The position numbers and the translations under genes are program-made. From NCBI GenBank assembly GCA_046542505.1, contig JBKHBH010000009.1, positions 1-38,486 of the forward strand: a stretch of DNA of 38,486 nucleotides, in the 5' to 3' direction. This DNA comes from Thermovirgaceae bacterium. GTDB taxonomy: Bacteria; Synergistota; Synergistia; Synergistales; Thermovirgaceae. Shown here piece after piece: positions 38,244 through 38,486 of this stretch (positions within the stretch are counted from its first letter, which is position 1; the number at the start of each line of letters is the position of its first letter). Below the pieces are notes generated by a model, which was not told the origin of the DNA, did no database searches, and saw only the letters and a list, made by a program, of their open reading frames with translations.

Positions 38244-38486
38244 TTACGCCGTCACGTTATTTTCTGAAATTTTCGGTTTGACGCAGGAAAGCTTTTCCCC
38301 GATGAAGTCCTCTTTCAACAGATACTCGGCCAGTTTCCTGAAACCACCCTCTGCCGCCGGAGGCAAGAGAATATCCGCTTTCCGCCTGAGTTCGGGCGGG
38401 GCATCCTCCATGGATACGGCAATATCCGCGCGCTGGAGAAGATCCTCGTCATTCAGGTGATCCCCGACTGCGACGACTATCCTCTC
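38244..38486 (-). CDS. Cof-like HAD family hydrolase, 3' part only (runs off the window)
   Basis: Hand translation gives [38 protein letters not shown]...; GDxxND is HAD motif IV. Confidence 0.8.
   Translation of the reverse strand, partial: ERIVVAVGDHLNDEDLLQRADIAVSMEDAPPELRRKADILLPPAAEGGFRKLAEYLLKEDFIGEKLSCVKPKISENNVTA

Noticed and set aside
1..38486. Selenocysteine read-through, programmed frameshifts, pseudogenes or mobile elements
   Set aside because: All recognised genes are full length in a single frame, and I saw no transposase, integrase or terminal-repeat structure.

Overview
A gene-dense, mostly minus-strand housekeeping region of a moderately GC-rich bacterium. Gene content and order suggest an anaerobe such as a Synergistota member, which is inference only. 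The window holds a translation superoperon (thrS-infC-rpmI-rplT-ktrB-ktrA-pheS-pheT-coiled-coil gene-zapA-cvpA-mutS2), an SNF/NSS amino-acid symporter with a 31-aa MetS-type partner, and rpsO-pnp-dut. It continues with an OmpR-family two-component system converging on a DUF62-degP unit, an HhH-GPD glycosylase, rpmH-rnpA-yidD-yidC-jag (not next to dnaA), prsW-dinG, rpsT, leuS-holA, radA-nfeD-SPFH, a sodium:solute symporter, an adenosine-specific kinase family gene and the 3' end of a Cof-like HAD hydrolase. I see no mobile element, CRISPR array, tRNA, rRNA or defence system, and no convincing large novel system. The best second-look signals are small: probable AUA starts for both infC and ktrB in one operon, an L20-type leader with an attenuator, the small membrane protein, a tandem 17-bp pseudo-palindrome at the window start, a candidate S15 leader, and a recurring TTGC-type -35 in housekeeping promoters.
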